The notes below the pieces were generated by a model. It was not told the origin of the DNA and did not search any database. It saw nothing but the letters and a program-made list of their open reading frames with translations. Both the position numbers and the translations under genes were made by a program. A stretch of 64,000 nucleotides of DNA, from assembly GCA_038244685.1 (NCBI GenBank), contig JBBRTD010000001.1, positions 2,339 to 66,338 of the forward strand, given 5' to 3'. Each line of letters begins with the position of its first letter. Within the stretch, counting starts at the first letter, position 1. Of the stretch, positions 17,651 through 26,470 are shown piece by piece. Origin of the DNA: Minisyncoccia bacterium. Its GTDB lineage: Bacteria > Patescibacteriota > Minisyncoccia > Phycocordibacterales > UBA9973.

Positions 17651-18694
17651 ATGATTAAAACAAATGCACGAGCCGTTTTCGGCCCTAAAGAAAAATTTAA
17701 AGCAACCGTGATAGAACGTCGCGATCTTGGTCCTAAGGATGTTCTTATTGAAATAAAATATGCTGGAATTTGTCATTCCGATATTCACCATGTCCACAAT
17801 GAATGGAGAGAAGAGACATATCCACTTATCCCTGGACACGAGATTGCTGGTATTGTAGCTGAGATAGGATCAGATGTTACAAAGCATTCAGTTGGAGATA
17901 ATGTCGGAGTTGGATGTATGATTGATTCATGTGGTGAATGTGTTAATTGTGAAAAAGGTGAAGAGCAATTTTGTCTCAAGGGAAACACAATGACTTATGC
18001 TGGAGTTGATAAATATGGCAAGCCAACATACGGCGGATATTCAACTCACATTGTAGTAACGGAAGACTTTGTTCTTAAAATTCCAAACGGTCTAACTTTA
18101 GATATATCAGCACCTCTTTTGTGTGCAGGTATTACTACCTACTCGCCACTCCATCATTGGAATGCAGGTCCTGGTAAGAAAGTAGCGGTTGTTGGACTTG
18201 GTGGCCTTGGACATATGGCCGTAAAAATTGCTCATGCAATGGGAGCCACTGTTACAGTTCTTTCTCATTCACTACAAAAGAAAGATGACGCTATTCGCCT
18301 AGGTGCAGATAATTATTATTCAACAAGTGACGCAGAAACATTTAAAGAGCTAGCCGGATCACAAGATCTTATTATAAATACTGTAAGTGCTAAAATTGAT
18401 ATAGATGCATATCTTTCTTTGCTATCACTTGATGGTGTTTTAGTTAATGTTGGAGCTCCAGCCGAACCATTATCGGTAAATGCTTTCTCTTTAATTATGG
18501 GACGTAAATCATTCGCAGGGTCACTTATCGGTGGTATTCGTGAGACTCAAGAAATGTTAAATTTCTGCGCCGAACATAAAATTGGAGCAGATATCGAAGT
18601 TATAAATGCAGACCAAATTGATGAAGCATATGCACGTGTATTAAATTCCGATATAAAATATAGATTTGTGATTGATGTAAGCACAATGAAATAA
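17651..18694 (+). CDS. Zn/NADP-dependent alcohol dehydrogenase (CAD/YahK/AdhC family)
   Basis: GICHSDIH, PGHEIAG, CGECVNC...EQFC, PLLCAGITTYSPL, GLGGLGH, YRFVID. Confidence 0.95.
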   Translation: MIKTNARAVFGPKEKFKATVIERRDLGPKDVLIEIKYAGICHSDIHHVHNEWREETYPLIPGHEIAGIVAEIGSDVTKHSVGDNVGVGCMIDSCGECVNCEKGEEQFCLKGNTMTYAGVDKYGKPTYGGYSTHIVVTEDFVLKIPNGLTLDISAPLLCAGITTYSPLHHWNAGPGKKVAVVGLGGLGHMAVKIAHAMGATVTVLSHSLQKKDDAIRLGADNYYSTSDAETFKELAGSQDLIINTVSAKIDIDAYLSLLSLDGVLVNVGAPAEPLSVNAFSLIMGRKSFAGSLIGGIRETQEMLNFCAEHKIGADIEVINADQIDEAYARVLNSDIKYRFVIDVSTMK

Positions 18695-18698
18695 ATAG

Positions 18699-18736
18699 TA
18701 ATAAAAAATCTCGCTTAAAAGCGAGATTTTTTATTA
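18699..18736. terminator. Bidirectional terminator
   Basis: taataaaaaatctcgct-taaa-agcgagattttttatta. Confidence 0.8.
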
Positions 18737-18765
18737 TAGAAATTCTAGAATGATATATAATTTAC

Positions 18766-19083
18766 TTAATTAAATTCAAATAAAATTTCTTCAAAATTAA
18801 TAATTTTATTATTTTTATCTAATTTAATTCCTTCTTTTTTGTACAAAGCCAAGCGTAATTTCCCATATTCATCATTTAGCCATACTTTTCCGTTCGAATA
18901 CACAATCCGATGAAAAGGAATATTTTTTATCCCTTGTTGATATGCCTTACCTAAAATAGAAGTTATACTCTGTGAAGCCATCGGACCGGCACCAGCAGCA
19001 CGTGCTATTCTCCCATAAGTAGTAACTTTTCCTTTTGGAATTTCTAATGCTATTTTAATAACTCTTTCGCTAAAAGTTTGCAT
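18766..19083 (-). CDS. Alkyltransferase-like (ATL/MGMT family) DNA-binding protein
   Basis: IPKGKVTTYGRIA; PFHRIV in place of the catalytic PCHRV. Confidence 0.88.
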   Translation of the reverse strand: MQTFSERVIKIALEIPKGKVTTYGRIARAAGAGPMASQSITSILGKAYQQGIKNIPFHRIVYSNGKVWLNDEYGKLRLALYKKEGIKLDKNNKIINFEEILFEFN

Positions 19084-19129
19084 ATAATGTTTATTGTATT
19101 AAAAAATGTATAAAAAAATTTAAAGTAGC

Positions 19130-19669
19130 TTAATGTTTTTTACTTTTCTTTTGGTACTCGCTAGCACTCATATAACTTTTTGTATCTGAAACCTTATCAA
19201 CAAAAAGAATTCCATCCAAATGATCATATTCGTGTTGTATAACTCTTCCAATTAAACCAGAAGCCTTAAACTCAAACCATTTACCGTCAATGTCTTGAGC
19301 TTTTATTTTTATACTTCTAGGCCTATCAACTAATCCAAATAAATTAGCATTTGCGACACTTCCGCATCCTTCATATCCTGAAACTTTTTCTTTTGCTAAA
19401 AATATTATCTGTGGATTAATAAAAACTTTTAAATCATCTAAATCTTTGTTGTTTCTATTTTTTGTTTTTCTAATCTCTGTAATTAAAACTCTAATACTAT
19501 GATTAATCTGGGGAGCAGAAATACCAATAAGATTATAGTGCCTCATTGAATCAATTAGATTTTTGATGATTGTTTTAGTTTTACTAGATTTAATTTCTTT
19601 ATCAGTTAATTTTCGTGATTTTCTTCTAATATTAGGATTCCCTATTTGGATTATTTCTTTTATTATCAT
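19130..19669 (-). CDS. def: Peptide deformylase
   Basis: GISAPQI, EGCGS, QHEYDHLDG. Start moved to ATG at 19669. Confidence 0.9.
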   Translation of the reverse strand: MIIKEIIQIGNPNIRRKSRKLTDKEIKSSKTKTIIKNLIDSMRHYNLIGISAPQINHSIRVLITEIRKTKNRNNKDLDDLKVFINPQIIFLAKEKVSGYEGCGSVANANLFGLVDRPRSIKIKAQDIDGKWFEFKASGLIGRVIQHEYDHLDGILFVDKVSDTKSYMSASEYQKKSKKH

Positions 19670-19736
19670 ATTTATATTATATAGCCCATAAGGAAAAATT
19701 AATAGTTTTGACGTATCTCGTGCTAAGCACAACTTA

Positions 19737-19861
19737 GTTGGAAGACTAGGACCGCGAGTACTCTTATCTCTCCCTTCGGTCGCGGGTGCTTTTCCATCTT
19801 CGACAGGAAAAGCCTTTCGATTGCTAGGCGCAAATGAAGCAGTTCATTTTCTTCTCCCAGC
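19737..19861. repeat. Structured element bounded by degenerate copies of the tRNA-Gln 3' end
   Basis: gttggaagactagga (19737-19751) matches tRNA gctgggagactagga (19894-19908) at 13/15; inverted copy tctcccagc at 19853-19861; internal hairpins. Confidence 0.6.
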
Positions 19862-19894
19862 GAAAATCCCGCAATGAAGCGGGATTTTCTTTTG

Positions 19895-19965
19895 CTGGGA
19901 GACTAGGAATCGAACCTAGATTAAAGGCTTCAAAGGCCTCTGTCCTACCTTTAGACGATCTCCCA
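19895..19965 (-). tRNA. tRNA-Gln(TTG)
   Basis: TGGGAGA..GTCTAAAGGTAGGAC..AGAGGC-CTTTGAA-GCCTT..CTAGG-TTCGATT-CCTAG-TCTCCCA-G; CCA not encoded. Confidence 0.95.
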
Positions 19966-20059
19966 AAGTTTACATAGGTGCATAAATTAACCTTAAATGT
20001 AAAACAATATAAGAATACATTAAAAACGTTTATTTTTCAACTCTTTGAGAGGTTAAATT

Positions 20060-21172
20060 TTATTTCAAATATTTAACGATATTTGCTTGGTGCTCTTCGT
20101 ATGTGACAGCGCAATGTGTAATGCGATTCTTATCATGCAAATAATACAAACAATCTGTTTTCGTTGGATTTAAAACTGCTTCAATTGCCGAAAGGCCTGG
20201 ATTTGAAATTGGATGTGGGGGTAGCCCTGTGTGGATATAAGTATTATAAGGAGAATCAATTTTTTTAAGAGCAATCGAAACAGGAGCCCACCAACCACCT
20301 CCAGTATCACCTCTTAAATATTGAAGAGTCGCATCAACTCCTAGCTGCATCTTTTGATTTAATCTATTCCATAAAATACCAGCGATAAGAGGAGTGTCCG
20401 CATTATTCGCAGCTTCGCGCTGAACAACAGAAGCGAGAGTTAAAGCGGTTGTCCATTTAATATTTTTAGCAGTAAATTCCGGCAAGTACGATGAGAATTT
20501 TTCATTAAATTTTGAAATAAGTCTAGCTGAAACAAGTTCCGGAGTCTCGTCAATTGGTACAAGATAGGTATCTGGAAAATAAACACCCTCCATATAGTCT
20601 GGCTTTGCTGCAGTAATAACTTTAATCCAATTATCTTTTTGTTTTGAGGTCCAGCCTAAAGTATCAGCTAAAAGTTTTGCAATTTCTTCTTTTCTTAATC
20701 CTTCGGGTATTTTTATCCATTTCATGTAAGGTTTACCTTTCAAGACCTGTACAAGTTGCGAATTGTTCATTTCTTTTGAAATTTTATATGCACCAGGATT
20801 TATAATTCCTTTCCCATCCTTCCCAGCTATAAGTAAAATAAATGAATCTTTATTTAAAATATAACCTTGGTCAAAAAGATTTGTGGTAATAATTTCATTT
20901 GTATCTTTAAGAGACACAATAAAACGATCTACTCCGATAGGAAGTGGTATCGGCTCTGGTATAGCGATTAGTTCTGCTTGTGTTTTGATTGGAGTCTCTT
21001 CTGTTTGATTTACTGGCATTACTTTAATCTGAGTCACAGGATTACTTATCTCTTTTGCTACCTTTGTCTTATTTTTTGGATAAACAAAAAAATACAATAC
21101 AAAAACAATTACAACTATTGAAATCAGCATTATCCATATAAATATTCTTTTTTTATTAAAATCATTATTCAT
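20060..21172 (-). CDS. mltG: Endolytic transglycosylase MltG
   Basis: N-terminal TM; IPEG, EGVYFPDTY, ASVVQRE, NRL...LGVDAT, SPYNTY..GLPPHPISNPG. Confidence 0.93.
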   Translation of the reverse strand: MNNDFNKKRIFIWIMLISIVVIVFVLYFFVYPKNKTKVAKEISNPVTQIKVMPVNQTEETPIKTQAELIAIPEPIPLPIGVDRFIVSLKDTNEIITTNLFDQGYILNKDSFILLIAGKDGKGIINPGAYKISKEMNNSQLVQVLKGKPYMKWIKIPEGLRKEEIAKLLADTLGWTSKQKDNWIKVITAAKPDYMEGVYFPDTYLVPIDETPELVSARLISKFNEKFSSYLPEFTAKNIKWTTALTLASVVQREAANNADTPLIAGILWNRLNQKMQLGVDATLQYLRGDTGGGWWAPVSIALKKIDSPYNTYIHTGLPPHPISNPGLSAIEAVLNPTKTDCLYYLHDKNRITHCAVTYEEHQANIVKYLK

Positions 21173-21261
21173 AGTGTATATATAAGTATAACACAAAAAT
21201 AATCTACAAATTTAACTTAAAATTCCTAGCCTACCAATCAATAAATTGTTATAATACCAAC

Positions 21262-22275
21262 ATGGAAACATCTAAAACTGAAAAATACTTTTTATTTGGT
21301 CTTTTAGCAATTGTGCTTATTTTAACATTTGCAATACTCTATCCGTTTATAACTATCTTTATATTAGCGGCAGCTTTTGCTGTTGTAGTAAATCCAGTAT
21401 ATTTGTGGATTAAAAAGCACATAACTAGAAAAAATGGAGGCTTAGCATCTCTAATAACTATAATTCTTTTTTTAATTATTTTATGTATTCCAATATTTTT
21501 TATGGGAATTACAATTTTTAATCAAGCCCAGAATGCCTATTTCTCTATCGTTACAAATGGTGACACAAGTCTATTCATAAAAAAATTAGATACTTCTATT
21601 AATTCATTAATGCCTAATGGCTTTTCTTTCAACACCTATGAAAAGATAACTAGTATTACTTCCTTCTTATCAAATAATATTGGCAACTTCTTCACTTCTA
21701 CTTTTAACACAATAGCCATGACGATTATTACTATCTTTACAATGTATTACATACTTAAGGATGGTGAAAAATGGAGAGAAGGATTAATAAAAATTTTACC
21801 TTTATCAGAAAAAAATATAAAAGAGATACTCTCTGATTTAAAAAATTCAATCAACAGAATAATTAAGGGGTCTTTCTTTATAGCGATTATCCAAGGAATT
21901 CTCTCTTTCGTGGGATTATGGGTCTTTGGAGTACCGAATCCAGCTCTATGGGGAGTCGTGGCTGGCTTTGCTTCTCTTATTCCAAATCTTGGAACTTCTC
22001 TTGTCTCTGTACCAGCAATGCTTTTCCTTTTCTTCACAGGAATGCCATTACATGCACTTGGTTTATTATTGTGGTCAATTGCTATTGTCGGAACAATAGA
22101 TAATATTCTATCTCCATACATAATATCCAAAGGAACAGAAATACCTTCAATATTTATATTGTTTTCAATTTTAGGTGGAATATCCTTAATGGGACCACTT
22201 GGAATACTTATGGGGCCTTTAATACTGAGCCTTCTTTATAGCTTAGTGTCGATATATAGAAAAGAAATAAACTAA
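21262..22275 (+). CDS. AI-2E family transporter
   Basis: Multi-TM; IDNILSP...GGISLMGPLGILMGP. Confidence 0.9.
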   Translation: METSKTEKYFLFGLLAIVLILTFAILYPFITIFILAAAFAVVVNPVYLWIKKHITRKNGGLASLITIILFLIILCIPIFFMGITIFNQAQNAYFSIVTNGDTSLFIKKLDTSINSLMPNGFSFNTYEKITSITSFLSNNIGNFFTSTFNTIAMTIITIFTMYYILKDGEKWREGLIKILPLSEKNIKEILSDLKNSINRIIKGSFFIAIIQGILSFVGLWVFGVPNPALWGVVAGFASLIPNLGTSLVSVPAMLFLFFTGMPLHALGLLLWSIAIVGTIDNILSPYIISKGTEIPSIFILFSILGGISLMGPLGILMGPLILSLLYSLVSIYRKEIN

Positions 22276-23522
22276 ACAGACATTCCTGCAATATACCCAG
22301 TCGTCCAACAAATCTGCAAACTATAACCTCCTGAATTTCTATTAATGTTTAATAAATCTCCAGTAATATATAAATTCTTGTACAATTTTGATGACATAGT
22401 TTTCATATCTAATTCTTTAAGAGAAACGCCCCCATCAGCAACAACCGATCTATCATAACCCATCAAATTTGTAATAGTTATCGGAAGGGCCTTCAATAAA
22501 TGCACAAGCTTTTTCCTTGTGTCTTTACTTACGCTATGTACTTTCATTTCAAAATCGATAGATGGATCTATCATTTCAAAAGCCTTAGCAATTCCTTCTG
22601 GCACTATATCTTTTAAAACAGTTCTTAATATTTTATTTTTATTTGCATCAAAAGTTTTAATAATTCCCTCTTCAAGTTTTCCTTCATTAGTATCTGGGTA
22701 TGCGTCGATACAAGCGGTAACTCTCCCCGCTTGTAATAAGTCAGAAACTTTTCGTGAGCAATTTAAAATTAAAGGTCCAGACAAACCAAAGTGAGTAAAG
22801 AGAACTTTACCAAGTTTCGAAAACTGTTTTTTGTCTTCTAAGAAAAAAGTTATCTTCATAAAAGATAATGAGACCCCAGCTAAACTTTTAACCCAAGCAT
22901 CACTTACTGCAAGAGGTACAATGTTAGGAGTTGAATCTTTTACTTCATGACCAAGATCATTTAACCACTTGAACCCATCCCCCGTTGAGCCAGTCTCTGG
23001 ATGTGACATTCCTCCCGTCGCAAGAATAAAGGACTTAGCATAAAATATTCCACTATTAGTCTCCACACTTTCAACCTCTTTATCTTTTATATTTATTTTC
23101 TTAACGCTACAATTATTTTTTATTTGGACATTATTATTATCTAATTCTTTTCTCAAAACATTGTAAACATCAAGCGCTTTCTCTGTCGCAGGGAAAACAC
23201 GATTACGAGCCTGAATAACTAAAGGCAATCCTCTTGATTCAAAATATTTAAATGTATCTTTTACTCCAAAGACAGAAAAAGGTGAATAGAGAAATGGAGC
23301 CCCATCACCATATATTTTTAAAAATTTATGAATATCGGGCTCATTGTTCGTAATATTACATCTGCCACCTCCGGTAATTTTTAATTTCTCCCCTAAGTCT
23401 CTATTCTTATCAAGAATAAGTACAGATTTACCCCGAGAAGAAGCGATAGCTCCTGCCATCATTCCGGAAGCTCCACCTCCTATTATGACTACATCCCAAA
23501 TTTTATTATTATTTTCTCTCAT
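22272..23522 (-). CDS. HI0933/YhiN(RdsA)/BaiN family flavoprotein
   Basis: GGGASGMMAG, KLKITGGGRCNITN, ATGG.SHPETGSTGDG, LFTHFGLSGP, GGYSLQ. Confidence 0.93.
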   Translation of the reverse strand: MRENNNKIWDVVIIGGGASGMMAGAIASSRGKSVLILDKNRDLGEKLKITGGGRCNITNNEPDIHKFLKIYGDGAPFLYSPFSVFGVKDTFKYFESRGLPLVIQARNRVFPATEKALDVYNVLRKELDNNNVQIKNNCSVKKINIKDKEVESVETNSGIFYAKSFILATGGMSHPETGSTGDGFKWLNDLGHEVKDSTPNIVPLAVSDAWVKSLAGVSLSFMKITFFLEDKKQFSKLGKVLFTHFGLSGPLILNCSRKVSDLLQAGRVTACIDAYPDTNEGKLEEGIIKTFDANKNKILRTVLKDIVPEGIAKAFEMIDPSIDFEMKVHSVSKDTRKKLVHLLKALPITITNLMGYDRSVVADGGVSLKELDMKTMSSKLYKNLYITGDLLNINRNSGGYSLQICWTTGYIAGMSV

Positions 23523-24552
23523 TTAAAATCTTAACTAAAGCTAATTCGAGAGGTAATTCACTAATAACAACATTACGGAGAGACTGATAAGAATCAAGGA
23601 GAATAGAGAGCGTTGACGAAGATATATACTCTGGTTTAGTGGATACTAAATTAGTAATATATTCCATATCATGAGTAGACAAAACAGTTTCAACTTCTTT
23701 TTTCATATTTGGAGCATAGCGAAGAATAAGAGAATATCTTAACTTAGAAAGAATCATTTTTAAATAAATAGACATGTCTAAATTATCAGTACTGGCTTTT
23801 TTAATACAAAGAAAACCTTTTTCAATGTCCTTATTAGCAATCGCATCAAGAAAACCATCTACTAAAATAGTATTTGGTGAACCCGTAACTTCTTCGATAT
23901 TTTTTAAGGTAATTTTCTTATCATTTGAAAAAGAAATAACTTTCTGTAGTATTCCCAAGGCATCACGAAAGGCTCCATCCGCCAAAAGCGCAATTAAAGC
24001 AGGACCACCTTCTTCTAAACTATATCCTTCTTTCTTGGCAACATTTAAAATAACAGAAGAAAGAATCATATCAGTTGGTTTTTTAAACATAAAGCTCTGA
24101 CATCGAGATATTATTGTTTCAGGAACTTTGTCTAACTCCGTTGTTGCAAGAATAAAGATGACATGAGATGGTGGCTCTTCTATTGTTTTCAAGAGAGCGT
24201 TCCATGCATCTTTTGTAAACATATGAACTTCATCAAGAATATAAATTTTATATTTAGAATCAAAAGGCATCGTTTGAACGCTATCTCGAATACTACGGAC
24301 ATCGTCAATCCCTCGATTACTTGCAGCATCTAATTCATAAATATCATTAGAGGAAGTTCCTAGCTCGTGAGCAATAATGCGAGCTACAGTTGTCTTTCCT
24401 GTTCCTCTTGGGCCACAAAGAAGGTATGCATGAGCAACCTTACCTGCCTTTAATGCACCTCCAATCGCTTTCACAATATGATCCTGCCCGATAACTTCAT
24501 CAAAGTTCTCTGGGCGATATTTCCTATATAATGCAATGTTAGAATCCTTCAT
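23509..24552 (-). CDS. dnaX: DNA polymerase III subunit gamma/tau (short)
   Basis: LYRKYRP, GPRGTGKTT, ELDAASNRGID, DEVHM, SRCQ. Confidence 0.95.
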   Translation of the reverse strand: MKDSNIALYRKYRPENFDEVIGQDHIVKAIGGALKAGKVAHAYLLCGPRGTGKTTVARIIAHELGTSSNDIYELDAASNRGIDDVRSIRDSVQTMPFDSKYKIYILDEVHMFTKDAWNALLKTIEEPPSHVIFILATTELDKVPETIISRCQSFMFKKPTDMILSSVILNVAKKEGYSLEEGGPALIALLADGAFRDALGILQKVISFSNDKKITLKNIEEVTGSPNTILVDGFLDAIANKDIEKGFLCIKKASTDNLDMSIYLKMILSKLRYSLILRYAPNMKKEVETVLSTHDMEYITNLVSTKPEYISSSTLSILLDSYQSLRNVVISELPLELALVKILNERK

Positions 24553-24569
24553 AATGACAGTATAACAAA

Positions 24570-25541
24570 TTAATGATTTTTTAGAAATTCCTTAATTATA
24601 CTTTCCATCTCTGTTGATTTATCAGTTTCCATCAATTTAACCCGAAGCTCTTTAGCTCCATCAAAACCATTTACATACGCCTTGAAGTGTTTCTTCATAA
24701 CCGCAAAATTTTTTACCTTACCCAAAAGCTTTTCATAGAGCTTTGTATGTTCAACCAAAACTTTCAATTTTCGTTTCACTGTTGGAATTTTTTTACTATC
24801 ATTAAACAACCAAGGGTTACCAAATATTCCTCTACCTATCATGATTCCATCACAGCCAGTTTCTTTTGCAAGTTCTCTTCCCTGCTCTTTATCTCTAACA
24901 TCACCATTGCCTATTATTTTTGTTTTAACTCCCATTTTATTTCTAATATCTACAACTTCCCTTACGTGCTCCCATCTTGCAGGAACATCTGACATTTCCT
25001 TTCTTGTTCTTGCGTGAATAGTTAAAGCATCAATATCTTGCAAAAGTAAAAACGGAATCCATTCATTTATCTGATTTTTATTATAGCCAATACGAGTCTT
25101 TACAGAAATAGAAACATTTTTCTTTTTTGAATCTTTTATACCATCTTTTACTGCCTGTATTATAGCTCCTGCTTTATCCATATCTTTCATCATGGCAGCT
25201 CCTGCCCCCTGCTTCTCAATAGAGCGGTCAGGACAACCCATATTTATATCTATACCATCAAAGCCGAGATTGGCAACATAGCAAGCTGCTTGTCGCATGG
25301 AAACAGGATGCGATGAGAATAATTGTGCTACAATCGGTTTTTCTTTTTTAGAATAAAGAAGATCATACTTAAGAACTTCACGTCCGATACTAGATAAGCC
25401 ATCAGCCGAGACAAATTCAGTCCAAGTCACATCTGGTTTGCCATATTTTGTAATGATAGACCGGAAAGCCACATCAGTGACATCTGCCATTGGTGCTAAA
25501 CAAAAGAAAGGCTTTGGTAATTTTTCCCAGAAATTTATCAT
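24570..25541 (-). CDS. dus: tRNA-dihydrouridine synthase (DusB-like)
   Basis: LAPMADVTD, IDINMGCP, SVKTRIG, HART, GNGD, IGRG..GNPW. Start placed at 25541; an in-frame ATG at 25559 is an alternative. Confidence 0.93.
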   Translation of the reverse strand: MINFWEKLPKPFFCLAPMADVTDVAFRSIITKYGKPDVTWTEFVSADGLSSIGREVLKYDLLYSKKEKPIVAQLFSSHPVSMRQAACYVANLGFDGIDINMGCPDRSIEKQGAGAAMMKDMDKAGAIIQAVKDGIKDSKKKNVSISVKTRIGYNKNQINEWIPFLLLQDIDALTIHARTRKEMSDVPARWEHVREVVDIRNKMGVKTKIIGNGDVRDKEQGRELAKETGCDGIMIGRGIFGNPWLFNDSKKIPTVKRKLKVLVEHTKLYEKLLGKVKNFAVMKKHFKAYVNGFDGAKELRVKLMETDKSTEMESIIKEFLKNH

Positions 25542-25596
25542 ATGATTTAGTGAAATCATGCCGCGTAACCGTCCTTTTAGCGCGGCGTTAATTATA
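25539..25596 (-). promoter_or_regulatory. -10 box plus structured 5' leader motif (copy 1)
   Basis: TATAAT, then GCCGCG-C-TAA[AAGGACGG]TTA-CGCGGC, ATGATTT[CACT]AAATCAT, ATG; homologous to 52108-52158. Confidence 0.6.
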
Positions 25597-25597
25597 C

Positions 25598-26464
25598 TTA
25601 TTGAAATTTATATAAAACCTTATTCTTAAATCTTAAGTCTATGTAAGAAAGAATATCATACTTGGAATTAATTTCATTTGCAAATTCTTTTTTATTCATA
25701 GCAGTAGAGAAATTATCTAAAATTACAGCTAGATTATTATCATCTTTGAAAATTATTTTCGGGCTTGAATTGTTATTTATAGATTTAAGATAAAGTGAGT
25801 ATACCCCATTCGCAGTTACGGTTAGATATGATGGGGTAAAGCCAAGTTTTGCAATACCATCAGTAAAGCGCACTAATTCATGGAAACGTTCCTTTGTAAA
25901 CATTTGAGAGCCGAGAGGATTTGAGATATCACCTTCAATGTTTGTATAATATTTAAAGTAAACATCCCCTGAAAAGTAAGGAGCTTTATCGAAAATATAC
26001 CCATCATTATTTACAAAATAACAATTTTCACCAATATCTTCCTTGTTTTCTGGTATTGATATACCACAATATAAATATGATCCTGCTCTTTCACTAAGAG
26101 CCACTCGTAAGGTATTAAAACCTTCACGTTTGATTGTTAAACTTTCGATTCTTGGAAAATTAATAATTAAATCATTATATATTTTAGCTTGTGGATATAT
26201 TAGAAAATTTGAATGTGAAAAAAGTTTTAAATATTTACCAGATAATTTATCATTTATCCGTGCCTCTATATCCTTAGAATTTATAATACTATTACCGCTA
26301 ACAATTACCTTATTAATAACAATTCTAGAATAAGAAGAAAAGTAGGAAATACCTAAAATAATTGAAATAAATAAAATTGTAAATAATACTATCAAGCGCA
26401 ATCGTCCAACTCGACGATTGCGCTTGATAAGAGCTATGCGTGGTGATGTGGGAATATCTTTCAT
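25598..26464 (-). CDS. FtsQ/DivIB-like cell division protein
   Basis: Basic N-terminus, TM, POTRA-like VIVSGN..., C-terminal YIDLRF. Confidence 0.7.
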   Translation of the reverse strand: MKDIPTSPRIALIKRNRRVGRLRLIVLFTILFISIILGISYFSSYSRIVINKVIVSGNSIINSKDIEARINDKLSGKYLKLFSHSNFLIYPQAKIYNDLIINFPRIESLTIKREGFNTLRVALSERAGSYLYCGISIPENKEDIGENCYFVNNDGYIFDKAPYFSGDVYFKYYTNIEGDISNPLGSQMFTKERFHELVRFTDGIAKLGFTPSYLTVTANGVYSLYLKSINNNSSPKIIFKDDNNLAVILDNFSTAMNKKEFANEINSKYDILSYIDLRFKNKVLYKFQ

Positions 26465-26470
26465 TAATTA

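Noticed and set aside
10959-19669. Run of small unrelated genes as an integron cassette array
   Set aside because: Intergenic gaps are mostly too short, and I found no repeated attC-like sites or integrase.
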